DNA from: an uncultured bacterium
GTDB taxonomy: Bacteria; Zhuqueibacterota; QNDG01; DTFT01
Direction: 5' to 3'
Assembly (NCBI GenBank): GCA_963736115.1
Contig: CAVTNR010000022.1
Coordinates: forward strand, 64,001-128,000
DNA length: 64,000 nt
Position 1 is the stretch's first letter. The number at the start of each line of letters is the position of its first letter. Shown here piece by piece: positions 9,433 to 18,780 of the stretch. The position numbers were made by a program, and so were the translations under genes. The notes beneath the pieces are model-generated. The model ran no database searches, had not been told where the DNA came from, and saw nothing but the letters and a program-made list of their open reading frames with translations.

Positions 9433-9916
9433 GACGAGCCTCCCTTCATGGTTCTTCAGCGGATTGCCGATTGGGGAAATCGGATGTGGAAAGATCCGTG
9501 TCCGGGCGCCGCGTATCGCCAGGCCGCGGAAGCAGGATCGTGTTCCCTCCATGCGGTTTTTCAGGCGCGTTTTATATATCATTATACAAAGACGAAAGTG
9601 ATTGGTTCCCGGCAACCGGTTTTGAACTTTTTTTGCGAAAAACCCCGGTCATCCCGATCCGGTTTTTTGTCCGCTCGCGGGTCCGAATCTTGATTTTGTT
9701 CGTTCTTTTTCGAATCTTCCAATCACACTGTACAATCCGGCAATCGCCCCGGTTTCCGGTTCCGCCGGGAACAGAAGGAGGAAATGGAATCAGCAGGAGG
9801 ATGGGTGACATCGTTTTTGGTCTGGCGGTGTTCGTACTGTCCGTCCGCTTGTCCGGCGGCGAATCCCAGGCCGTCCTGACCGCCGAGCCCCGGAACCGGG
9901 CCCGCCTCGGACATGC

Positions 9917-9945
9917 TTGCTTTCAACCCGTAAAGTTGATATATT
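9917..9945 (+). promoter_or_regulatory. Sigma70-type promoter of xylR, probably leaderless
   Basis: TTGCTT-17-TATATT, 6 nt before the ATG at 9952, no SD; the spacer contains the palindrome TCAAC-N7-GTTGA. Confidence 0.5.
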
Positions 9946-9951
9946 ATTGCC

Positions 9952-11091
9952 ATGAAACGCGTCGTCCTGCTCGTCGAAACCTCCCGGGAATTCGGCCGCC
10001 AGCTCATCATTGGCATCGCGCGCTATGCCCGCCTGCACGGGCCGTGGTCCTTCTACAAGGAACCCATCGGCCTGAAGTCGTCCATCCCGCACCTGACGCG
10101 GTGGAAGCCGGATGGCATTATCATGCGCGATTCCATGATCAACAAGGAACTGCTGAAGCTGAACATCCCGTCGGTGCTCGCCATCCACAGCTCGGATTAT
10201 CCGAAAAACCTTCCCGTCATACGCACCGATTCCCGCGCCATCGCGAAAATGGCCAGCGGCCACCTCGTGCAAAAGGGGTTCACGCGTTTCGCGTACTGCG
10301 GCATGGACGGCTACGAGTGGTCGGACGAGAGGAAGAAGTACTTCGCCGGATTCAATTCCGAAGCCGGGTTCCAGACTCACGAATACGCGGGGCCGAAGGG
10401 CCGCAAGGTGAAGGACTGGGAGGAGGAGCAGAAACGCATCGGCGAATGGCTGAAAACCGTTCCCAAGCCGGTCGGTCTGATGACCTGCAATGACGATCAG
10501 GGCCAGCACGTGCTGGAGGTCTGCAAGCGGACCGGGTTCCGGGTGCCCGAGGATGTGGCCGTGCTGGGCGTGGACAATGACCCCATGATCTGCGAAATCG
10601 GCGATCCGCCGCTCTCGAGCATCAACCTGAACGTCGAATCCGCGGGATACGAGGCCGCACGGCTCCTGGATGATCTGTTCCGGGGCAAGAAAATGCGCGG
10701 CCAGCAGATCTTCGTCACCCCGACCCATGTGGTCCAGCGGCAGTCCACGGACATTCTGGCCGTGAGTGACCCGGAGGTGGCGGCGGCCATGCGCTACATC
10801 CGGTCCAACGCGAAGAATAAGATGCTGGTGATGGACGTGGTCCGGCAGACCCGGGTCAGCCGGCGGACGCTCGAACAGCGCTTCAAGAAAACCGTGCACA
10901 AGTCCGTGTACGATGAAATCCGGCAGGTGCGCGTCGAATGGATCAGCCGCCTGCTGATGGAAACCGACCTTCCGATCTCGCAGATCACCGCGCTCTTCAA
11001 TTTTACCGATGTGGAACACATCTCGCGCTATTTCCGCAAGGAAAAGGGCATGGGCCTGCGCGAGTTCCGGAAACTGCATCAGCCGAAGTGA
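9952..11091 (+). CDS. xylR: XylR-family activator (LacI-type sugar-binding domain plus AraC HTH)
   Basis: PEDVAVLGVDND, PPLSSI, VVQRQSTD, VSRRTLEQRF motifs of the E. coli-type XylR; upstream of xylan hydrolases. Confidence 0.88.
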   Translation: MKRVVLLVETSREFGRQLIIGIARYARLHGPWSFYKEPIGLKSSIPHLTRWKPDGIIMRDSMINKELLKLNIPSVLAIHSSDYPKNLPVIRTDSRAIAKMASGHLVQKGFTRFAYCGMDGYEWSDERKKYFAGFNSEAGFQTHEYAGPKGRKVKDWEEEQKRIGEWLKTVPKPVGLMTCNDDQGQHVLEVCKRTGFRVPEDVAVLGVDNDPMICEIGDPPLSSINLNVESAGYEAARLLDDLFRGKKMRGQQIFVTPTHVVQRQSTDILAVSDPEVAAAMRYIRSNAKNKMLVMDVVRQTRVSRRTLEQRFKKTVHKSVYDEIRQVRVEWISRLLMETDLPISQITALFNFTDVEHISRYFRKEKGMGLREFRKLHQPK

Positions 11092-11159
11092 GTCCGGTTG
11101 GTCTGCGACGCACGTTGAAGGGGCGTTGCAGTTGAGCGCGCCGTACGTCGTCCGGTCCT

Positions 11160-11222
11160 TGCGCAATCCGGTGATAAAAATGTGAATTCTGGCTTCTTTT
11201 TCCCCGCGCGTTTTGCTATACT
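11160..11222 (+). promoter_or_regulatory. Putative XylR operator A and promoter
   Basis: Half-sites TGCGCAATCCGG and TGTGAATTCTGG 21 bp apart, then TGcTATACT -10 at 11217-11222; 26/36 identical to operator B. Confidence 0.55.
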
Positions 11223-11228
11223 ATCCTT

Positions 11229-11410
11229 CGGTTCCCGGTCAAGAGCCGGGGCCCTTTCGACAGGGAGGCGCATCCGGCAGGACCCGGTCCGGCGGCTCCC
11301 GTTTTCTCCGGGGCATGACCCTGCTGAAAGGGAAGAATACGGGCCCGAGATTCCCTTCCCGGGCCTGAATAAAGCGGCCGCCTTCCGGATCAAGGCGGCC
11401 GCCTCTTTTT
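11229..11410 (+). ncRNA. Candidate small RNA (or short leader) between operator A and a terminator
   Basis: Bounded by a promoter and an intrinsic terminator; several GC hairpins; only a 17-codon ORF without an SD. No known family recognised. Confidence 0.3.
11374..11410 (+). terminator. Intrinsic terminator
   Basis: GCGGCCGCCTT-ccggatc-AAGGCGGCCGC-ctcttttt. Confidence 0.65.
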
Positions 11411-11421
11411 CGTCGGCCATG

Positions 11422-11484
11422 TGCGCGATCTGGTTGAAAAAAGGTCAAACTTGGCTTTGCTTTTCAGCGGCCAATGCATATCGT
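11422..11484 (+). promoter_or_regulatory. Putative XylR operator B and promoter of the GH43 operon
   Basis: TGCGCGATCTGG and GGTCAAACTTGG 21 bp apart, followed by TTGCTT-16-TATCGT. Confidence 0.5.
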
Positions 11485-11543
11485 ACGATCCGAAAGCTCC
11501 GGGCCCCGCGTGCCCGAACCATCCCACAGCAAGAGGTCCTGAC

Positions 11544-13802
11544 ATGAAGCAGTTCATCCGTGCACTCGCCTTTGGCTGGCTGGCCGCGTCCGCCATCGCC
11601 GGCTCCGCGTCCTTTTCAACATACATGAACCCGATTTTCCCGGGTGACCATCCGGATCCGACCCTGTCCCGTTTTGGAGATGACTACTACACGACAGGGT
11701 CTTCTTTCGCCACTTCACCCATTATCTGGCATTCCAAGGACCTGGTCCACTGGGAGGCGGTTTCCCAGCCCGTGAGCAACTCATGGTCCATGTTCGGAAC
11801 CGGCGCCTCGGACGGCATCTGGGGCGGCCACCTGGTGTTCCACGGCGAGAAATACTGGCATTTCTTTGGACGCTCCGGCCGGATGTTCTTCGTCACCGCG
11901 GACAGCCCGGCCGGGCCGTGGACCGCGCCCAGGGAAGTGGCCTGCCCCGCGTCCGTGCCCGGGCTCGGCATGGACAATGCCATATTCATTGATGATGACG
12001 GGAGCTGGTACCTGCTGGTCAAGAACGGCCAGTCGAACAACTGGATCGTTCAGCTGGGCGAAAACGGCCAGCCGTCCGGCGCCATACTGGACCTGCGCTG
12101 GATCAATCCCGCGCCCGCATACCCCTACAGCTGGGCCGAGGGCCCGGTGATGTGGAAGTCAGGCGGGTGGTACTATTATTCCTTCGCCATCCATATCTAC
12201 GCCACACAGCGCGTCATGCGCAGCCGTGACCTCACGGCCGACCAGTCCGAATGGGAGTTTCTCGGCAATCTGTTCAATGAGAACGATCCCAAGAAGGGCG
12301 CATCCCTGTATTCCATGCCGAATCACAGCTCGCCCGCGGTCATGGCCGGGGACAGCACCTGGTGGGTGATCTCCCAGTCCTTCGGCACGAGCGAGTGGCA
12401 GGGGCTGGGCCGGCAGGGACTGCTGAGCCAAATCCGGTACGACGCGGACGGAAAACCGGTCGCGGATTTTCCGATTAACGAACCGGCGCAGGCCCCGGCC
12501 CTGACCAGCGGCGGCATTCCCTGGACCGTGCCCAGGTCGGATTTCTTCGATTCGGACAAGCTGAATCCCGAATGGCGGCTCGTGGGCTATTCTCCCACCA
12601 GCCCTTATTCCCTGACCGCCAGGCCGGGCTGGATCAGGCTCACCCAGCAGAACCAGCACGGCACGGTCATCAAGAACGACGCGGAACATAATTACAGCCT
12701 CATCACCAAAGTCGATTTCGAGCCTGAGAATCAGGATCAGGAGGCGGGGCTCCGGATTATGACGGGCAAGCAGACGGTGTCCGCCAGGCTGTTCAGCGCG
12801 AAGGACGGCGGGGGCGCGCCGATCGTGGTCTTCGCCTTCGGCACGACCCGCCACGAGGCGGACAATACGGCCGGACGCACGGTCTGGCTCAAGATCGTGC
12901 GGTCGAACCACTCCCTGACCGGTTATTTCAGCGCGGACGGACGCGAATGGACCAAAGTCGGGGAGCCGGTCAACGTTTCCACCATGGACGTTCAGCAGCC
13001 CGATTACAACGCGTTCACGGGCAATCACCAGGGCCCGTACGTCATCGGCTCGAAGCCCGCGGATTTCGACCTCTACATCTACCGCGACGCCTACACGCCG
13101 ATTCTGGCTGAATGCCCGGCGAACCAGTTCGGCACGACCCGGGGTTATGCCAGCCCGGCCTTCCTGCTGGACAACATCCATGAAGGCGACTGGGCCCTGT
13201 ACGCGGGCGTGGAATTCGGGGGGGCTGATTATCCCATGATCCCGGATTCGGTGAAATTCACGGCGTCCAGCGCCGGTTCCGGCGGCACGGTCGAGGTCTG
13301 GCTCGATTCCCTGGACACCGGAGTGAAGATCACGGAATGCGCCGTCTCCGGGACAGGCGCGTGGAAGACGTTCCAGGTTTTCTCCGCTCCGGTGAGCGCG
13401 GTTTCGGGACGACATGACGTCTACCTGAAATTCAGGGGCGCGGGAACAACCAAACTGTTCCAGGTGCGGGAATTCGTGTTCACACCGAAGCCGGCCAATG
13501 CCGTGCCCGGAACGGACCCGATGGGTTCGCGGCAACCGGAGCAGTTCGGTCTGTCCCAGAATTTTCCCAATCCCTTCAACGCGGCCACGACGATCGCCTA
13601 CCGCCTCCCGTCCAAAGCGGACGTATCTCTGAAAATATTCGATCTGGCGGGCCGGGAAGCCGCGACTCTGGTTGAGGCCGCCCGTCCTGCGGGCGAGCAT
13701 GAAGTGAACTGGGATGCGTCCTCGGTTTCGAGCGGCATTTATTTCTACAGGCTGAAGGCGGATGGTTTCTCGGACATGAAAAAGCTCGTGCTCGTGAAAT
13801 GA
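11544..13802 (+). CDS. GH43 beta-xylosidase/arabinofuranosidase + CBM6 + T9SS C-terminal domain
   Basis: GDHPDP, AEGP catalytic motifs; GH43_C2-like domain; CBM6-like GDWALY...SGRHDVYLKF; NFPNPFN; start reassigned to MKQFIRA. Confidence 0.88.
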   Translation: MKQFIRALAFGWLAASAIAGSASFSTYMNPIFPGDHPDPTLSRFGDDYYTTGSSFATSPIIWHSKDLVHWEAVSQPVSNSWSMFGTGASDGIWGGHLVFHGEKYWHFFGRSGRMFFVTADSPAGPWTAPREVACPASVPGLGMDNAIFIDDDGSWYLLVKNGQSNNWIVQLGENGQPSGAILDLRWINPAPAYPYSWAEGPVMWKSGGWYYYSFAIHIYATQRVMRSRDLTADQSEWEFLGNLFNENDPKKGASLYSMPNHSSPAVMAGDSTWWVISQSFGTSEWQGLGRQGLLSQIRYDADGKPVADFPINEPAQAPALTSGGIPWTVPRSDFFDSDKLNPEWRLVGYSPTSPYSLTARPGWIRLTQQNQHGTVIKNDAEHNYSLITKVDFEPENQDQEAGLRIMTGKQTVSARLFSAKDGGGAPIVVFAFGTTRHEADNTAGRTVWLKIVRSNHSLTGYFSADGREWTKVGEPVNVSTMDVQQPDYNAFTGNHQGPYVIGSKPADFDLYIYRDAYTPILAECPANQFGTTRGYASPAFLLDNIHEGDWALYAGVEFGGADYPMIPDSVKFTASSAGSGGTVEVWLDSLDTGVKITECAVSGTGAWKTFQVFSAPVSAVSGRHDVYLKFRGAGTTKLFQVREFVFTPKPANAVPGTDPMGSRQPEQFGLSQNFPNPFNAATTIAYRLPSKADVSLKIFDLAGREAATLVEAARPAGEHEVNWDASSVSSGIYFYRLKADGFSDMKKLVLVK

Positions 13803-13845
13803 ACCGGGGCCCGACCCGGTCCGCATCAGGAGAAACATCGACCCC

Positions 13846-15705
13846 ATGAAAACGCGGATGCTGATTCCGGCGGCCTGCCTGCTGGCCGCCGCGCTCGCCT
13901 CCCCGCTGGCCGGTCAGCAGATGCAGAGCGACAACGGGGACGGCACCTACACCAATCCGGTGCTCTACTCCGATTTTCCGGATCCGGACGTGATACGCGT
14001 TGATTCCCTCTATTATATGGTTTCGACGACCATGTTCATTTTTCCCGGCGTCACGATTCTAAAATCCATGGACCTCGTCAACTGGGAATACTGCGCCAAC
14101 GCGGTTCAGCGCTTCGATTTCAGCCCCTGCTACAACCTCGACGGCTGCAACCGGTACAGCCACGGCCAGTGGGCCACGAGCCTCAAATATCACGACGGAC
14201 AATTTTATCTGCTTTTCATCACACTGGACGAGGGCGGATTCCTCTGCACCGCGGACAGGGCCGAGGGGCCCTGGTCCATACGGAAACTGCCGCGGGGGTT
14301 TTACGACCCCGGTCTGTTTTTCGACGACGACGGCCGTATATACGTGGCACATGGGTACGGCAACATCAGCATCACCGAATTGAACGCGAATTTTACGGCC
14401 AAGGGGAACGATGTCCTGGTCTTCACCGGAGACATCCGGTCCGGTCTCGAAGGCATGCATGTCTACAAAATCGACGGTTATTACTATCTGTACGGCACCT
14501 ACGGCGGGGGAGACGGGTTCCAGGTAGCCCTGCGATCCGAGAACATCTACGGCCCGTACGAGCAGAAAATCGTCATACGCGACAACGGCAACCTGGGCAC
14601 CGGCATACACCAGGGCGCGCTCGTGCAGACGCAGACCGGGGAATGGTGGTCCGTCATATTCCAGGACGGAGGCGCCTTCGGACGCTTCCCGACCCTCCAG
14701 CCCGTCACCTGGACGGACGGGTGGCCCATGGTCGGCGTGGATGGAAAGGGCGTGATCCGGCATTCCAAGCCGGACGTCGGCGGGCAGCATCCGATTCGCG
14801 CCCTGCCCACGTCGGACGAATTCGACGGAGCGGAATTGGGCATGCAGTGGGGATGGAACCACAATCCGGACCCGGCGAAATGGTCGTTCACGGAGAATCC
14901 CGGTTTCCTCAGGCTCCACACCGCGAAAGTCGTGTCCGGCTTGACCGAGGCCCGGAATACGCTGACGCAGAGGATATTCGCCTATTATTCGAAGACCGTT
15001 CCGACCACGGCCACGGTGAAGATGGAGGTCGGGAACATGCGGGACGGAGACGTCGCAGGGCTCGCCGTTTTCCAGGATCCCTATGCCTTCATCGCCGTGC
15101 GTCAGGCGGGCGGAATCCGGCGCATCGTCATGGTGAACAATGGGAGAGCCGCGGATTCCGCGGAGGTAGCATCCGACACGGTCTACCTGAGGGCGATCGC
15201 GCGTTACGGCACCAGCAGTGCCACGTTCGCGTACAGTACGGACAATGGGACGTTCACGAAGCTCGGCAACACGCTTTACATGCGGTTCAACCTGTCGATT
15301 TTCACCGGGAACAAGTTCTGCCTTTTCAATTACGCGACCACGGAAACGGACGGATTCGTGGATTTCGACTGGTTCAGGACCGAGCCGTCCGCGGTCACCG
15401 GAATCGTTCCGGGGCCGGACGGGACCGCGGGCGAAGCGCCGGCCGGATTCCGGTTGTCTCAGAATTATCCCAATCCATTCAATCCGGTCACGGTGATCCG
15501 GTACCAGCTTCCACGGGCGGGCCGGGTCCGCCTGACGGTTCATGACCTTATCGGGCGGGAAGTCGTCTCGCTGGTCGAGGGCGTACAGCCGGCAGGGTTT
15601 TACGAGGCGGAATTCGACGCCCGCGGACTCGCGAGCGGAATATACGTCTGCCGTCTCCAGTACGGGGGTTCAGTCGCGAGCCGGAAGATGATGCTGATCG
15701 AATAA
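13846..15705 (+). CDS. GH43 beta-xylosidase-like hydrolase + T9SS C-terminal domain
   Basis: NPVLYSDFPDPDVIRV, YDPGLFFDDDG, LEGMH, HQGALV, WGWNHNP; NYPNPFNP. Confidence 0.9.
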   Translation: MKTRMLIPAACLLAAALASPLAGQQMQSDNGDGTYTNPVLYSDFPDPDVIRVDSLYYMVSTTMFIFPGVTILKSMDLVNWEYCANAVQRFDFSPCYNLDGCNRYSHGQWATSLKYHDGQFYLLFITLDEGGFLCTADRAEGPWSIRKLPRGFYDPGLFFDDDGRIYVAHGYGNISITELNANFTAKGNDVLVFTGDIRSGLEGMHVYKIDGYYYLYGTYGGGDGFQVALRSENIYGPYEQKIVIRDNGNLGTGIHQGALVQTQTGEWWSVIFQDGGAFGRFPTLQPVTWTDGWPMVGVDGKGVIRHSKPDVGGQHPIRALPTSDEFDGAELGMQWGWNHNPDPAKWSFTENPGFLRLHTAKVVSGLTEARNTLTQRIFAYYSKTVPTTATVKMEVGNMRDGDVAGLAVFQDPYAFIAVRQAGGIRRIVMVNNGRAADSAEVASDTVYLRAIARYGTSSATFAYSTDNGTFTKLGNTLYMRFNLSIFTGNKFCLFNYATTETDGFVDFDWFRTEPSAVTGIVPGPDGTAGEAPAGFRLSQNYPNPFNPVTVIRYQLPRAGRVRLTVHDLIGREVVSLVEGVQPAGFYEAEFDARGLASGIYVCRLQYGGSVASRKMMLIE

Positions 15706-15957
15706 GGGACGCCTGTTCCCGGGGGACGATCGGTATAAACCTTTTTTTTGTTGTGATTTTACCTGGATTCAAGCATATTACGGACTGGAGAACACTACTT
15801 CCCGGGTTAAGTCCGGTGCGAGAGGGGAAAAACGTCGATTCCTGAAGGGTTCCGGAGCCGGGACTGGAAGGCGGCGTCCGGGACGATTATACGCGATTGA
15901 TCTTCCTCTTTTATTAATATTTTATTATGTGTGTTTGGTTCATTGGAGTTTTGTAAA

Positions 15958-18748
15958 ATGAAACTAAACCGGTTTAGTTGCCGCCCGTTCCTCTTTGTCG
16001 CGATTCTGTCCTGCCTTGCCTTTCTATTCTGCGACGCCGCCTGGGCGCGTGTTCCACAAAAGGAATCGGAGGGTGAAACCCGCGAAACCTTCGGCCTCAA
16101 TCGCGGCTGGCGGTTTTTTAAATACGCTTCAGCGGCAGACGCGGATTCGCTGATCTATGACGTGCGGCCTGATTTCAGCGGCTACAGGGACGGCGGTCCG
16201 GCGGATGCCAGACCGACCGAGGCGGATGGGACCCAGGCTGACCGGCTCGTGCTGAAAGACTGGATACTGCCTGCCGGAAACGCTTTTATCAGGGATCCCG
16301 CGAGCCGGCATTTCCGGCCCGAAGGAGAACCGGGCGCGGATTTTCCGTTCGTCCGGGCCGGCTTTGATGACGCTTCATGGGAGGTCGTGAACCTGCCCCA
16401 TGACTGGGCGATCAAGGGCCCGTTCAGACCCGGCCATGACCCGGAGGTGGGAGGCGGCATGGGCCGTTTGCCGAGCCCCGGTGTCGCCTGGTACAGAAAA
16501 AAGCTCGACATTCCCGCGCCGGACGCTGGCCGTTCCGTGTTTCTGGACGTGGACGGCGCCATGTCCTACGCCATGGTCTGGGTGAACGGTTTTTTGGCGG
16601 GCGGCTGGCCTTACGGTTACTCATCCTGGCGGCTCGATCTCACGCCTTATATCTTCCCCGGCGGCGTGAACCAGATCGCGATCCGGCTGGACAATCCGCC
16701 GGCTTCTTCGCGATGGTATCCGGGAGGCGGCCTGTACAGGAACGTCCGTCTGGTCAAAACGGATCAGGTGCACGTCGGACACTGGGGTGTTGTCGTGACG
16801 ACTCCGGAGGTGTCATCCGAATCCGCGGTCGTCCGTGTGGCCGTGTCCCTGGACAATGATTCGAAAGAGGACGCGGAAGTCGAGGTCCTCACTTTCTTGT
16901 ACCCGATGACCGAGGCCGGACGTCGAACCGGTCCTCCTGTCGTGTCTCTCGATCCCATCAAAACGACGGTTCCCGCCAAAGGCAGCGCCCGCGTGGAAGG
17001 AACCGTATCGCTGGAAAATCCCAGGCTCTGGGGGCCGCCGCCGTCCCAGCGTCCAAACCGGTACGCGGCCGTGACCGTCATTCAGCGTGATGGACGGCCG
17101 GTGGACGAAGTCGAAACGGTTTTTGGCGTCCGATCCGTTCGATTCGACTCGGATTCCGGGCTCATTATCAATGGCGAACGGATTCCCATTCACGGTGTGA
17201 ACGAACACCACGACCTCGGGGCCCTGGGCGCGGCGTTCAACAGGAGGGCCGCGGAGCGCAAGCTGGAAATGCTCCGGGACATGGGCTGCAACGCGATACG
17301 GATGTCCCACAACCCGCCGGCTCCGGAACTGCTCGACCTGACGGACCGGATGGGATTTCTGGTGATGGACGAGTCTTTCGACTGCTGGGAGCGTAAAAAG
17401 ACGCCGCTCGACTTCCACCTCATATTCCCCGAATGGCACGAGCAGGACCTGCGGGCCATGGTCCGAAGAGACCGGAACCATCCCTCCGTGGTCATCTGGA
17501 GCGTTGGCAACGAGGTGGGTGAGCAGTACACGGCAGAGGCGGGCGCTGCGATCGCGAAACGGCTCGTGGAAATCGTGAAAGAGGAGGATCCGACCCGGCC
17601 GGTGACCAGCGCCATGAACTGGGCCAAGCCGGACATGCCCCTGCCCGCGGAACTGGACGTGATCAGCCTGAACTACCAGGGCGAGGGTATACGCCAGACT
17701 CCGGAATTCGAGGGCACGGATCGCATCCGTTGTTCGCCGCAATACCCCGCTTTCCATTCGGCATTTCCGGACAAGGCTGTTCTGAGCTCGGAGACCGCGT
17801 CCTGCTTCAGCAGCCGGGGTGTGTACCTGTTTCCAGTGACGGACAAGATCAGTGACATCGTCCGGGACGGCAGGGGCGGCGACTCGCAGAAACGGCACGT
17901 CAGCGACTACGGGCTCAATGCCGTGGACTTCGGTTCATCGCCGGACAAGGTGTTTGCCTCCCTGGACCGTCACCCGTTTGTGGCAGGCGAATTCGTGTGG
18001 ACCGGATGGGACCATCTCGGCGAGCCGACTCCCTATTACGATTCGAGAAGTTCGTACTGCGGCGTCATCGACCTGGCCGGTTTCGCAAAAAGCCGCTTCT
18101 TTCTGTATCAGTCGCGCTGGCGGCCGGATCTGGCCATGGCGCACATCCTGCCCCACTGGAACTGGCCGGAACGCAAGGGCCTTGTCACGCCCGTGCACGT
18201 GTTCACGTCCGGAGACGAGGGGGAATTGTTCCTCAACGGAAAGTCTCTCGGCCGGAAGAAGAAAGGGCCTCTTGAAACCCGTCTGCGGTGGGACGACGTC
18301 GTCTACAAGTCCGGCAGGCTGGAAGTGAAAGTCTGGAAGGCGGGAAAGAAGTGGGCCGGTGACAAAGTGGAAACAACGGGCAAACCGGCCCGGCTCCGGA
18401 TGTCCGCGGACCATTCCGCGATCGCGGCGGACGGCCAGGACCTGTCATTCCTGACCGCTGGCCGTGACGGACCGGAAGGGCCGCACCGTCCCGACCGCGG
18501 ACAACAGCGTCCGCTTCAGCATCCAGGGACCCGGGGAGATCGTAGCAACGGACAACGGCGATCCGACGGATATGACGGCTTTCCCCTCGCTCGAACGAAA
18601 GGCGTTCAGCGGACTGGCCCTGGCCATCGTCCGATCGAAGGCGGGGGATGCCGGTTCGATCACAGTGACCGCGGAATCCGCCGGACTGGCCAGGGCCGTC
18701 ATCCGCGTTCTCAGCAAATTACCTTCCGAGCCCGGGGGTCGACCCTGA
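15958..18748 (+). CDS. GH2 beta-galactosidase (one +1 indel at ~18458, probably a sequencing error)
   Basis: NAIRMSHNP, DRNHPSVVIWSVGNE, SSET, GEFVWTGWD; the C-terminal DNGDPTD...RKAFSGLALAIVRS continues in another frame (ORF 18464-18748). Confidence 0.88.
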
Positions 18749-18780
18749 GGTTAGCGCATGATCATGCCAAGGAGTGAATT

